Shown here: positions 19,677 through 28,682 of the stretch, piece by piece
Layout: every line of letters begins with the position of its first letter
Numbering within the stretch: the stretch's first letter is position 1
DNA from: an uncultured Lachnospiraceae bacterium
GTDB lineage: Bacteria > Bacillota > Clostridia > Lachnospirales > Lachnospiraceae
Direction: 5' to 3'
DNA length: 64,000 nt
Assembly (NCBI GenBank): GCA_948957135.1
Contig: CARDBT010000016.1
Location: 2,000 to 65,999 of the forward strand
Made by a program: the position numbers and the translations under genes
Notes under the pieces: model-generated
Told to the model about the DNA's origin: nothing
The model's input: only the letters and a program-made list of their open reading frames with translations
Database searches by the model: none

Positions 19677-21389
19677 GTGGGATTAAATGTAATCGATGCT
19701 AAAATGCTATCAAAGATGTTTCTTGCCGGAGCAAAAAATTTGGAGCATAAAAAAGAATGGATCAACGAGCTGAATGTCTTTCCTGTTCCGGATGGTGATA
19801 CCGGCACCAATATGTCTATGACGATCATGTCCGCAGCCAAAGAAGTAGCTGCCATAGCCGAGCCCGATATGATTTCTCTCGCAAAAGCAATATCATCAGG
19901 TTCTTTGAGGGGCGCACGGGGGAATTCCGGTGTGATCTTGTCACAGCTTTTCAGGGGATTTACAAAAGTTATCAAAGAATACGATGAGATCAATGTGGCG
20001 ATTCTGGCTTCCGCTTGTGACAAGGCTGTGGAGACGGCATACAAGGCTGTCATGAAACCAAAGGAAGGAACGATTCTGACGGTTGCGAAAGGTGCTGCGA
20101 AGAGAGCGGGCGACCTCGCGATGGCAGGAGAGAAAGATCTGGAGGTCTTTATCGGCGAAGTCATAAAAGAAGCCGACGCTGTTCTGGCGCAGACACCCGA
20201 AATGCTTCCTGTGTTAAAGCAGGCTGGTGTGGTCGATTCCGGCGGACAGGGACTCGTGGAGGTACTCAAAGGCGCTTTCGACGCATTTCTCGGCAAGGAG
20301 ATCGATCTTTCTCTAGACATTCCTGCCAAGGCGGCGTCCAAAACAGGCGCAATGACTTCCAATATCGAAGCGCAGGCTAATGCAGAGATTAAGTTCTGTT
20401 ACTGTACACAGTTTTTGATCATGCTCAACAAGCCCTTCAACATCAAGCAGGAGATGGATTTCAAGGATTATCTCTCGTCCATTGGTGATTCGATCGTCGT
20501 CGTGGCTGATGACGAGATCGTCAAGGTGCACGTACACACAAATGATCCCGGTCTCGCGATGCAGAAAGCGTTGCGTTACGGCTCGCTCACGACGATCATC
20601 ATAGAGAATATGCGTCTTGAACGCGATGAAAAAGTTTCCGATATGATGGAGAAGCAGATGCAGAGCACAGATCTCCCTGACCGGTCAGAACCAGCGGCTG
20701 ACAACAGTAATGCGGGCTCTTCTGAACATAAAGATACCGGCTTTATCGCCGTTTCGATCGGTGAGGGCATGAATGAGATATTCCGTTCGCTTGGCGTGGA
20801 TCATATTATCGAGGGCGGTCAGACAATGAACCCAAGCACGGAGGATATGCTCAATGCCATTGAAAAGATCAATGCAGATAATATTTTCATTTTCCCGAAT
20901 AATAAAAATATCATCCTTGCGGCAAATCAGGCAAAACAGCTGACTACAGATAAAAATATTATTGTGATTCCCACCAAAACGGTTCCCCAGGGGATTACAG
21001 CGATCATCAACTATGTTCCGGATATCTCGATCGAGGAAAACGAGGCTGTCATGACAGAGGAAGTCAAACATGTCGCAACCGGACAGGTGACATATGCTGT
21101 GAGAGACACCATGATCGACAACAAAGAAATCCATCAGGGTGACTTTATGGGGATAGGAGATAAGGGCATCTTAGCTGTGGGGACTGACCTGCATGATGTT
21201 GCTTTTAACATGGTAAAGGAGATGATGTCCGATGAGTATGAACTGATCAGTATTTACTATGGTGATATCATCAAGGAGGAACAGGCGCAGAAGCTGGCAG
21301 ATCTGGTCCAGGCTGAATTTGGAAGCTGTGATGTAGAACTCCAGTTTGGCGGACAGCCGATCTATTCCTACATTATCTCTGCAGAATAA
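19677..21389 (+). CDS. fakA: DAK2 domain protein / fatty acid kinase subunit A (YloV)
   Basis: LNVFPVPDGDTGTNM, GARGNSGVILSQ, VDSGG, KVHVHT, GGQTMNPS. Confidence 0.93.
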   Translation: MGLNVIDAKMLSKMFLAGAKNLEHKKEWINELNVFPVPDGDTGTNMSMTIMSAAKEVAAIAEPDMISLAKAISSGSLRGARGNSGVILSQLFRGFTKVIKEYDEINVAILASACDKAVETAYKAVMKPKEGTILTVAKGAAKRAGDLAMAGEKDLEVFIGEVIKEADAVLAQTPEMLPVLKQAGVVDSGGQGLVEVLKGAFDAFLGKEIDLSLDIPAKAASKTGAMTSNIEAQANAEIKFCYCTQFLIMLNKPFNIKQEMDFKDYLSSIGDSIVVVADDEIVKVHVHTNDPGLAMQKALRYGSLTTIIIENMRLERDEKVSDMMEKQMQSTDLPDRSEPAADNSNAGSSEHKDTGFIAVSIGEGMNEIFRSLGVDHIIEGGQTMNPSTEDMLNAIEKINADNIFIFPNNKNIILAANQAKQLTTDKNIIVIPTKTVPQGITAIINYVPDISIEENEAVMTEEVKHVATGQVTYAVRDTMIDNKEIHQGDFMGIGDKGILAVGTDLHDVAFNMVKEMMSDEYELISIYYGDIIKEEQAQKLADLVQAEFGSCDVELQFGGQPIYSYIISAE

Positions 21390-21410
21390 ACGCAAAGAGA
21401 AGAGCGCACT

Positions 21411-23501
21411 ATGTATTTGAATGATCCGATTACAACACTCAAAGGGATCGGGGAGAAGACTGCAGCTTTGTATCACAAATTAGACATTTTTACGGTAGAT
21501 GATCTGATCAGGCATTATCCCAGAGACTATGAAGAGTGGCGTGATATTGTAAAGATAGGGGAACTGAGGGCAGATCAGGTGCATGCGATACATGCCATGG
21601 TCATCAGCGCTCCCCAGACCGTACATATAAGGAAAAATATGACGATCACCACGCTGCGCGTCAAAGATGACAGCGGCGCCTGTGATATCATTTATTTTAA
21701 TATGCCTTATATCAAAAATAATGTTCAGCCGGGAAAAAAGTATATCTTTCGCGGGCGTGTGATGTTGAAAAACAACCGCATGACTATCGATCAGCCCAAA
21801 ATCGTAAGCCCGCACGAGTTTACACAGAATGTGAACAGGCTTTCTCCGATCTATCCGACTACAAAAGGTCTCTCGATCGCTGCGATCACCAAAGCAGTTC
21901 ATGCGGCGATCGATACTCTGGACTTTGTCCAGGACTATATACCCGAATCCATGCGAATGGAATATGGTCTTTCTGATCTCAAGAAAGCTCAGTCTGGAAT
22001 CCACTTCCCCGCAGACCGGGAAATGATGATCGCCTGCAGGAAGCGGATTGTATTTGAAGAATTTTTGTTTTTTATCGTGTCTGTCATGATTTTAAAGGAT
22101 ATGGCAACACAGGAGATCAATGATGCTCCGATGATGCGGATCGATGCCTGTCAGGATCTTATTGAGAGGCTTCCCTACCAACTCACGAATGCACAAAAAA
22201 GAGTATGGAACCAGATTGAGACTGATCTTTGTTCGACGCATCTCATGAACCGGCTGATCCAGGGAGATGTCGGCTCCGGCAAGACGATCGTTGCAATCCT
22301 TGCGATGTTCATGTGTGTGATGAACCATCATCAGGCAGCATTTATGGCACCTACAGAAGTACTTGCAAAGCAGCATTATGAATCTATCATGAAATTGGTC
22401 GAGGAGTATGATCTGCCTTTTAAACCGGTAGTATTAACGGGCTCTTTGACAGCAAAGGAGAAGCGCAGGACAAAGGAGAGTATCATTCTTGGCACCTGCA
22501 ATGTCATTGTCGGCACACAGGCTCTGCTGCAGGACGACGTCGATTTTTATGACCTGCGGCTTGTCATCACAGACGAACAGCACCGTTTCGGAGTCAAGCA
22601 GCGCGAGACATTTGCCCAAAAGGGCATACAACCACACATTCTCGTCATGAGTGCAACGCCGATCCCCAGAACACTTGCCCTTATTTTATACGGGGATCTG
22701 GACATCTCAGTGATGGATGAACTGCCGGCAAACAGGCTTCCTATCAAGAATTGCGTCGTCAATACGGATTTTCGGAAAAAGGCATACGAGTTCATCGCAA
22801 AGGAGGTCGCAAACGGCAGACAAGCCTATGTGATCTGTCCCATGGTTGAGGCAAACGAGGAGCTCATGGGAGACCAGCCGGTTCTTGAGAATGTTATAGA
22901 ATACACAGAGAAACTCAAAAAGGCACTGCCGGATACAGTGCGGGTGGAGTACCTCCACGGACAGATGAATCCAAAGGCAAAAAATTATGTGATGGAAGAG
23001 TACGCTGCACATCACATCGATGTCCTGGTGTCCACCACCGTGATCGAGGTTGGGATCAATGTGCCCAATGCCACGGTAATGCTGGTGGAAAATGCAGAGC
23101 GTTTTGGACTTGCACAGCTCCATCAGCTCCGGGGACGTGTGGGGCGCGGCAGGGAGCAGTCATACTGCATTTTTATCACGACGACGGACCAGAATGATAC
23201 TATGGAACGACTGCAGGTGCTCAACAAGTCAAATGACGGATTTTTTATCTCATCAGAGGATATGAGGCTGCGCGGTCCCGGTGATCTGTTTGGCATTCGG
23301 CAGAGCGGTCAGTTTGAGTTCAAACTGGGTGATATTTATCAGGATGCTGCGATCCTGCAGGAAGCACAGGAATGTGCTGCAAAGCTGTACGATGCCTATA
23401 TGCATGATCATGCGTCCACGGACGAAACTAATGAATATTATAATTTTTGGAAATATTATGAGGAGAACGTCAATACGAATGTTGACTTTATCAATATCTA
23501 A
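21411..23501 (+). CDS. recG: ATP-dependent DNA helicase RecG
   Basis: QGDVGSGKT, DEQHRFG, MSATPIPRT, QLHQLRGRVGR, RGPG. Confidence 0.98.
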   Translation: MYLNDPITTLKGIGEKTAALYHKLDIFTVDDLIRHYPRDYEEWRDIVKIGELRADQVHAIHAMVISAPQTVHIRKNMTITTLRVKDDSGACDIIYFNMPYIKNNVQPGKKYIFRGRVMLKNNRMTIDQPKIVSPHEFTQNVNRLSPIYPTTKGLSIAAITKAVHAAIDTLDFVQDYIPESMRMEYGLSDLKKAQSGIHFPADREMMIACRKRIVFEEFLFFIVSVMILKDMATQEINDAPMMRIDACQDLIERLPYQLTNAQKRVWNQIETDLCSTHLMNRLIQGDVGSGKTIVAILAMFMCVMNHHQAAFMAPTEVLAKQHYESIMKLVEEYDLPFKPVVLTGSLTAKEKRRTKESIILGTCNVIVGTQALLQDDVDFYDLRLVITDEQHRFGVKQRETFAQKGIQPHILVMSATPIPRTLALILYGDLDISVMDELPANRLPIKNCVVNTDFRKKAYEFIAKEVANGRQAYVICPMVEANEELMGDQPVLENVIEYTEKLKKALPDTVRVEYLHGQMNPKAKNYVMEEYAAHHIDVLVSTTVIEVGINVPNATVMLVENAERFGLAQLHQLRGRVGRGREQSYCIFITTTDQNDTMERLQVLNKSNDGFFISSEDMRLRGPGDLFGIRQSGQFEFKLGDIYQDAAILQEAQECAAKLYDAYMHDHASTDETNEYYNFWKYYEENVNTNVDFINI

Positions 23502-23564
23502 AATGAATATTTGACCGGTACTGTGACACATGGAGCAGTTACGGATCTAAAGGGAGAGAAGGAT

Positions 23565-24434
23565 ATGTCGAAAATAGCAATCGTTACAGATAGTAACAGT
23601 GGTATCACACAGGATCAGGCGAAGGAAGTCGGTATACATGTACTGCCGATGCCTTTCATGATCGATGGGGAAACTTTTTATGAGGAAATCACACTCAGCC
23701 AGGATGAGTTTTATCAAAAACTTGCGCAGAATGCAGACATTTCCACCTCACAGCCATCGCCGGAATCTATCACACAGCTCTGGGATACGCTCCTGAAGGA
23801 AAATGATGAGATTGTCCATATCCCGATGTCTAGTGGATTGAGTGGTTCCTGTCAGACCGCGGTCATGCTGGCACAGGATTATGAGAATAAAGTCCATGTC
23901 GTAAATAACCAGCGCATCTCTGTCACGCAGAAGCAATCTGCGTTTGATGCCATGGAGCTTGCAAAAGAGGGGAAGAGCGGCAGTGAGATCAAGGATATAC
24001 TGGAGGCAGATAAGTTTAATTCCAGCATCTATATCATGATAGATACCTTGTATTATCTGAAAAAGGGCGGCCGCATCACGCCGGCGGCAGCGGCGCTTGG
24101 AACCTTGTTACGGCTCAAACCGGTACTCCAGATACAGGGCGAAAAGCTCGATGCTTTCGCGAAAGCGCGGACTGTGACGCAGGCGAAATCCATCATGATC
24201 AACGCGATCAAGAATGATATCGAGAAGCGGTTTGGCGGACTTACGCCGGACAATCAGATTTATCTGGCTCTTGCCCACACGCAGAATGAGGAAGCAGTAC
24301 AGGTTTTCAAGGAGGAGGTACATGCGCAGCTTCCTGACTATCCGATCGTGGCGGTCGATCCGCTGTCCTTAAGCGTATCCTGTCATATCGGTCCGGGCGC
24401 GTTGGCGGTGACTTGCTGCAAGAAGCTGAGATAG
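23565..24434 (+). CDS. DegV family fatty-acid-binding protein
   Basis: IVTDS, TSQPS, SSGLSGS, YLKKGGRI, HIGPG. Confidence 0.95.
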   Translation: MSKIAIVTDSNSGITQDQAKEVGIHVLPMPFMIDGETFYEEITLSQDEFYQKLAQNADISTSQPSPESITQLWDTLLKENDEIVHIPMSSGLSGSCQTAVMLAQDYENKVHVVNNQRISVTQKQSAFDAMELAKEGKSGSEIKDILEADKFNSSIYIMIDTLYYLKKGGRITPAAAALGTLLRLKPVLQIQGEKLDAFAKARTVTQAKSIMINAIKNDIEKRFGGLTPDNQIYLALAHTQNEEAVQVFKEEVHAQLPDYPIVAVDPLSLSVSCHIGPGALAVTCCKKLR

Positions 24435-24470
24435 GTCTAAGGTCGGAAATACAGCAGATAGGATTACAGC

Positions 24471-24518
24471 AACTAAGCTGGCATTTGAACTTCAAATGCC
24501 AGCTTAGTTATTTCTTTT
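24471..24518 (+). terminator. long perfect hairpin/terminator after degV
   Basis: AACTAAGCTGGCATTTGAA-c-TTCAAATGCCAGCTTAGTT followed by T-rich tract. Confidence 0.8.
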
Positions 24519-24588
24519 TCATCGAGAAGAGCAGCATTGCTATCATCAAGAAGTTTGTCTGATACAAAGTTTTTAAATAATTGAAAAA

Positions 24589-24650
24589 TTGTGTATATTT
24601 TTCGAAAAACATACACAATATATTAACTTTTCTGAATATTACGCCAATCT
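24589..24650 (+). promoter_or_regulatory. putative flagellin control region: 30-bp palindrome, CodY-like box, sigma28-like promoter
   Basis: TTGTGTATATTTTTCGAAAAACATACACAA (24589-618); ACTTTTCTGAATATT (24626-40, 2 mismatches to AATTTTCWGAAAATT); TTAA-16-GCCAATCT. Confidence 0.4.
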
Positions 24651-24908
24651 AATAATATAGAAGAGTATTTATGTTGACCTGCGTCTTAAAGTAAATAGTA
24701 AACATATTTGTGTTTCCTGTAAGATTTTGTCACATGAAAAATTTTCAAGTTTTTATGGGGAGGTGATGTTAAAACAAAGGACAATTGACATGAAATATTT
24801 CGGGAAACATTATGAATAAGGATGTTTATAGTGCGGTGCAACATATGAGGATAAAAATATTCTGTTGTATGCAACATTCAGACAAGGAAGTTAAGGAGTG
24901 TGCAGATA

Positions 24909-26438
24909 ATGATAATTCAACATAACATTTCAGCATTCAATGCAAACAGACAATTAAATATTGTTCAAAAAACGGGTTTAAAATTGGCGGAAAAACTTTC
25001 CAGCGGATATCGGATCAATCGTGCGGCGGATGATGCTGCAGGATTGAGTATATCGGAAAAAATGCGCAAACAGATTCGAGGACTTACCAAGGCTGGTGAA
25101 AATGTTGAGGATGGTATATCATTATGCCAAGTCGCTGACGGCGCGATGGCAGGAATGCATGACATGACAAACCGGATGAATGAATTATGCATACAGGCTG
25201 CGAATGGAACAAATTCAGCAGGCGACCGTTCTTATATTCAGCTGGAAATAGACAGCATTGTGGAGGAATTTGGCAGGATCATCAATACAACCCAATTTAA
25301 TGAGGTTTACATTTTTAAGGGTGATGAGGCTTTTCAGGCATCGGCTGGAAGCGAGGTTGAGTATGCACCGATTGGTTCTGGTGCTTCTACTGGTATTGGA
25401 GCTGTAGACGGCATATCAGTATATCATGATGACAAATTACTAGACAGCGTAACCTTTGGCCCTGACTGGGTGCAAACCAGTCCTGACAGACTTAGTGCAG
25501 GAGAATACCGCAACTGTGCATGGATTGATTTCACAGACTTTACAGCAAGCTCGCGGGATCAATTCATCTCAAAACTAAATGGAGAGGGATTTGACTGGTC
25601 TTGTTGTTCCTGTGGTCCCCATGCCGGTATAAAGTTTGTATCAGGAGTATCTGCAGGCGCTAATAAGTCTGATGGGGATATTTCTTATAATCACATTTCT
25701 TTTTCAACATTATTCTCTGCAGATGAGCTTGTCAAGATAGATCTTAATAGTATATGGGATAAGTATCAGACTGGGAGCAGTTCACTGGGAGCAGTTCTTT
25801 GTGAAGCGATTATAGATGTCATAGATCATGTTACTGGTCAATTTTTAGGTTCCATGGGATGTTTTAATACTTCCTGTGCCTACAAACAGGGAACAGGCAA
25901 ATTTTATATTATATATAATCAACATTTTCACCCAGACGGCGGCATGTCAACATTTCACACAGTACCAAGAAATGATGCAGGAATGCTAGATTATAAGTAT
26001 AAGCCGGTCCCGCCCAAGGTCGGACAAATTACCACACAGCAACTCGCCATACATGCCGGATCAGATGCAGATGGAACAAACAAAGTGATTATGAAGATGC
26101 CGACATTTACCAATCAAAATCTGAAGATAAACAGTGTTAGTGTTCTCACGGAAGATCTCGCGACAAATTCTATTGATGTTCTTACAGATGTACTGCGGAT
26201 GATTTCCTCAAGCAGAAGCCGCATCGGTGCATATCAGAACCGTCTGGAACATACAGCTTTGAATTTAGACAATATTGTCGAAAACACAACCGATTCAGAA
26301 TCCAAAATCCGTGATACCAATATGGCAGATAAAATGGTACAGTATTCTAATATCAGCATACTGACACAAGCAGGACAATCCATGCTAAGTCAGGCAAATA
26401 ACAGGACACAAAATATTTTGTCGCTGTTGAGTGCATGA
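24909..26438 (+). CDS. flagellin-family protein with atypical Cys-rich central domain
   Basis: MIIQHN, EKLSSGYRINRAADDAAGLSISEKMR, RSRIGAYQNRLEH, ESKIRDTNMA, QAGQSMLSQAN. Confidence 0.95.
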   Translation: MIIQHNISAFNANRQLNIVQKTGLKLAEKLSSGYRINRAADDAAGLSISEKMRKQIRGLTKAGENVEDGISLCQVADGAMAGMHDMTNRMNELCIQAANGTNSAGDRSYIQLEIDSIVEEFGRIINTTQFNEVYIFKGDEAFQASAGSEVEYAPIGSGASTGIGAVDGISVYHDDKLLDSVTFGPDWVQTSPDRLSAGEYRNCAWIDFTDFTASSRDQFISKLNGEGFDWSCCSCGPHAGIKFVSGVSAGANKSDGDISYNHISFSTLFSADELVKIDLNSIWDKYQTGSSSLGAVLCEAIIDVIDHVTGQFLGSMGCFNTSCAYKQGTGKFYIIYNQHFHPDGGMSTFHTVPRNDAGMLDYKYKPVPPKVGQITTQQLAIHAGSDADGTNKVIMKMPTFTNQNLKINSVSVLTEDLATNSIDVLTDVLRMISSSRSRIGAYQNRLEHTALNLDNIVENTTDSESKIRDTNMADKMVQYSNISILTQAGQSMLSQANNRTQNILSLLSA

Positions 26439-26475
26439 GAGAAAACTTTACATACAATTCCATAGGAATTACGGG

Positions 26476-26510
26476 AGAAAAAAGCAGGCTTAAACACCTG
26501 CTTTTTTCTT
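26476..26510 (+). terminator. intrinsic terminator after flagellin
   Basis: AGAAAAAAGCAGG...CCTGCTTTTTTCT. Confidence 0.85.
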
Positions 26511-26547
26511 AGTTGTTAGGGCTGGCCCTGTTTTCCATTATTCTGCC

Positions 26548-26819
26548 TTGCAAAATGATTTGAAGCCAGAGCAGGAGGAAAACGTTTCTGAAAGACTGGA
26601 AACAGGCGAAAAAGCCGCTAATGCACCAATACTGTACCCGGTAGAAAATGCAAGGCATGATTATACATTGGGGAATGGAGGGTTGAGAGTTGCGGCGACA
26701 ATGGCTGACAAGCCTGTGCAGAGGGCATCGTTAAAAGAGAAGCTGGCGGCATACAAGGCACAGGTATCTGGAGCAGGGCAGATACAGAAAAAGAGAAAAG
26801 TAAGGAGGAAACACTGTAA
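26548..26819 (+). pseudogene. C-terminal fragment of a conjugative-element-type protein
   Basis: KPVQRASLKEKLAAYKAQV tail typical of Firmicute ICE accessory proteins; apparent original end ADTEKEKSKEETL* lies in another frame; no credible start. Confidence 0.45.
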
Positions 26820-26869
26820 CAATCAAAAAAATCAAAATTCAACCATTGTCCGGGCTAACAATTATAAAA

Positions 26870-27097
26870 CAAAACACCTGTTGGGAAATAAAATCATTTT
26901 GGCGCATATTCTGGTAAAGACGGTTGATGAGTTTAAGGGAATGAACCCGAAAGACGTGGAATCCTATATTGAAGGAGAGCCGTTTATCAGCGTGGTTCCG
27001 GTGGAGCCGGGGCTGACCAATGTGGAAAAAGAAGAAAACGGGCAGCGCATTGTCGGAATGAATACGGAAAATGCTGAGATCAACGAGGGTCTTATAT
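26870..27097 (+). pseudogene. truncated N-terminal fragment of a PD-(D/E)xK nuclease family transposase-like (Rpn-like) gene
   Basis: LLGNKIILAHILVKTVDEFKGMNPKDV...YIEGEP...GQRIVGMNTENAEINEGLI, breaks off before the catalytic D...E-x-Q motifs. Confidence 0.65.
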
Positions 27098-27214
27098 CAA
27101 AAAGCGTGAGCCTGTACTGGCATAATCACAGTAACTAAATAACACAAGTGGTAAAGCAGTGATTTGTTTTTGTATAAGAAAACAATTTGCTGTTTTTTCT
27201 GTTTTCGGGAAGAG

Positions 27215-27244
27215 AAAGACAGTCATAACAGATTGTCTTTTTTT
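27215..27244 (+). terminator. terminator-like hairpin directly upstream of the intron
   Basis: AAAGACAGTC-ataaca-GATTGTCTTT then TTTT. Confidence 0.6.
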
Positions 27245-27248
27245 CGTG

Positions 27249-27509
27249 GTGCGCCCGGCGGCGCACGTTTCTAACCAGTGCAAGTCTGGAATCCGCCAGG
27301 TAGTGGGATGTGTAAATATAAGAACTTCCGTGGACATAGAAAAAGAGCAGAGGAATGGCTCTCGACTGTCAGGAAGCGGGAGCGGAAACTGTTTGCTCAT
27401 TGGGATAGGATGTATTCGTATTGTTAAATGATAGGAGCCGTATGAAGGGAGACTTTCACGTACGGTTCTGTGAGAAGTTTGAGGTGAAATCCCTCTTACT
27501 TACTTGACT
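27249..27509 (+). mobile_element. internally deleted group II intron remnant
   Basis: 5' GTGCG; last codons of an intron-encoded maturase (CKYKNFRGHRKRAEEWL...KLFAHW, stop 27425-27); domain V GAGCCGTATGAAGGGAGACTTTCACGTACGGTTC (27435-68); domain VI-like stem ending ...TACTTGACT. Confidence 0.9.
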
Positions 27510-27517
27510 GAGAGGTC

Positions 27518-27543
27518 GGGATTTCTCAATTAAGAGAAATCCC
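27518..27543 (-). terminator. hairpin after the minus-strand gene
   Basis: GGGATTTCTC-aattaa-GAGAAATCCC immediately after the stop codon at 27546. Confidence 0.55.
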
Positions 27544-27545
27544 TC

Positions 27546-28649
27546 CTACTCGATTTGCTGTTCTACGGGAGCGCTCTGTGCGTTCACGATATTGTATTCA
27601 GGGAGCATGTGCAGACCGTTCCAGATGTTGTTTATCTCCTTGCCATCAACGACGACCACATTATCCTCGATCGTCATCTTTCCATCACTGTACATACCAT
27701 AATTCTGGTAATACTCAGAATCTAAAGTAACATATCCATTGCCTATTCCTCTGATCTTGCGTTTCCCCTCCTCTAGATACACAAACTGTCCCATGTGCTC
27801 CGGATCCTCATACCATCCGTTGAGCTCTGTATTAGGATTGCGCTCGTACTTGCCATATCCAAAATACATTTTGTGCTTTTCCTGTGCTTCCTGGTCAAGT
27901 GCGACTGCTTTGATCTCTGTATTGGGTGCATCCACCTGATAGATGAACCACAGACATGCGAAATTATCACTATTATACAGAGGAACACTGATCAGTTCGG
28001 GAACTTCATGTTTGACCGTCCGGTTATTTTTGATTTCGTGCAGAGGGATAAAGATCTCTTTGTAGATCCTCAGATTATAGGTCCAGTCATCGGCGGTCGT
28101 ACCAGCATAGTACTGCGTTTCCTGTATGTTTTTTTCTATCTGCTGTGCCGACAGCACTGTATTGCCAGTAAACCTGTTGCGTACAGATGCCTCATCGTTG
28201 TAAGTCACAACAAGATTCTTGGGTACCATATTGATCTTATCCCCGGCCTTTGCACGCACGCAGATGTCGCCGTAATCGCCTGCAAGGTGTGTATCCTCTA
28301 TCCCGATCGTGACATATCCATCAAATGGCATGATGAAGTAAGCATCTTCCTTTACGACCTGGCAGGAGACGGTCTTTACATCATCTGGAATACTCCCATC
28401 AGGCATCGCCATAGGCCAGTTGGAATGGGGGAGCATGTGATCGATGATGTATTGTCCGTTTACAGACAGTACATCTGACCCGTCTCCATTCCTCATCTCG
28501 ACAGCCGTATCCTCATTCCAGTCAAACGTTTGATTTCCGATCCATCCCATCCAGTCAAACGGCTTCTGCGGGGAAGCCTGAGCGATGCTGCTCATGCTCC
28601 CTGCCAGTATGACTGCTGAGAGAGCGATACTCATAAATTGTTTTTTCAT
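27546..28649 (-). CDS. hypothetical secreted protein
   Basis: Sec signal peptide MKKQFMSIALSAVILAGSMSSIAQA; AAGGGGG RBS; 367 aa, no recognised domain. Confidence 0.8.
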   Translation of the reverse strand: MKKQFMSIALSAVILAGSMSSIAQASPQKPFDWMGWIGNQTFDWNEDTAVEMRNGDGSDVLSVNGQYIIDHMLPHSNWPMAMPDGSIPDDVKTVSCQVVKEDAYFIMPFDGYVTIGIEDTHLAGDYGDICVRAKAGDKINMVPKNLVVTYNDEASVRNRFTGNTVLSAQQIEKNIQETQYYAGTTADDWTYNLRIYKEIFIPLHEIKNNRTVKHEVPELISVPLYNSDNFACLWFIYQVDAPNTEIKAVALDQEAQEKHKMYFGYGKYERNPNTELNGWYEDPEHMGQFVYLEEGKRKIRGIGNGYVTLDSEYYQNYGMYSDGKMTIEDNVVVVDGKEINNIWNGLHMLPEYNIVNAQSAPVEQQIE

Positions 28650-28682
28650 AGTATAGTCCCCCTTCACTCTGTAAAAAGAATC

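Noticed and set aside
25320..26040. Flagellinolysin-type metalloprotease insert
   Set aside because: No HExxH motif in the central domain
26548..27138. Intact 196-aa protein
   Set aside because: Chance read-through of two unrelated gene fragments, no RBS-supported start
27159..27431. 90-aa and 102-aa ORFs over the intron
   Set aside because: The meaningful translation is the maturase tail in another frame; these overlap structured RNA
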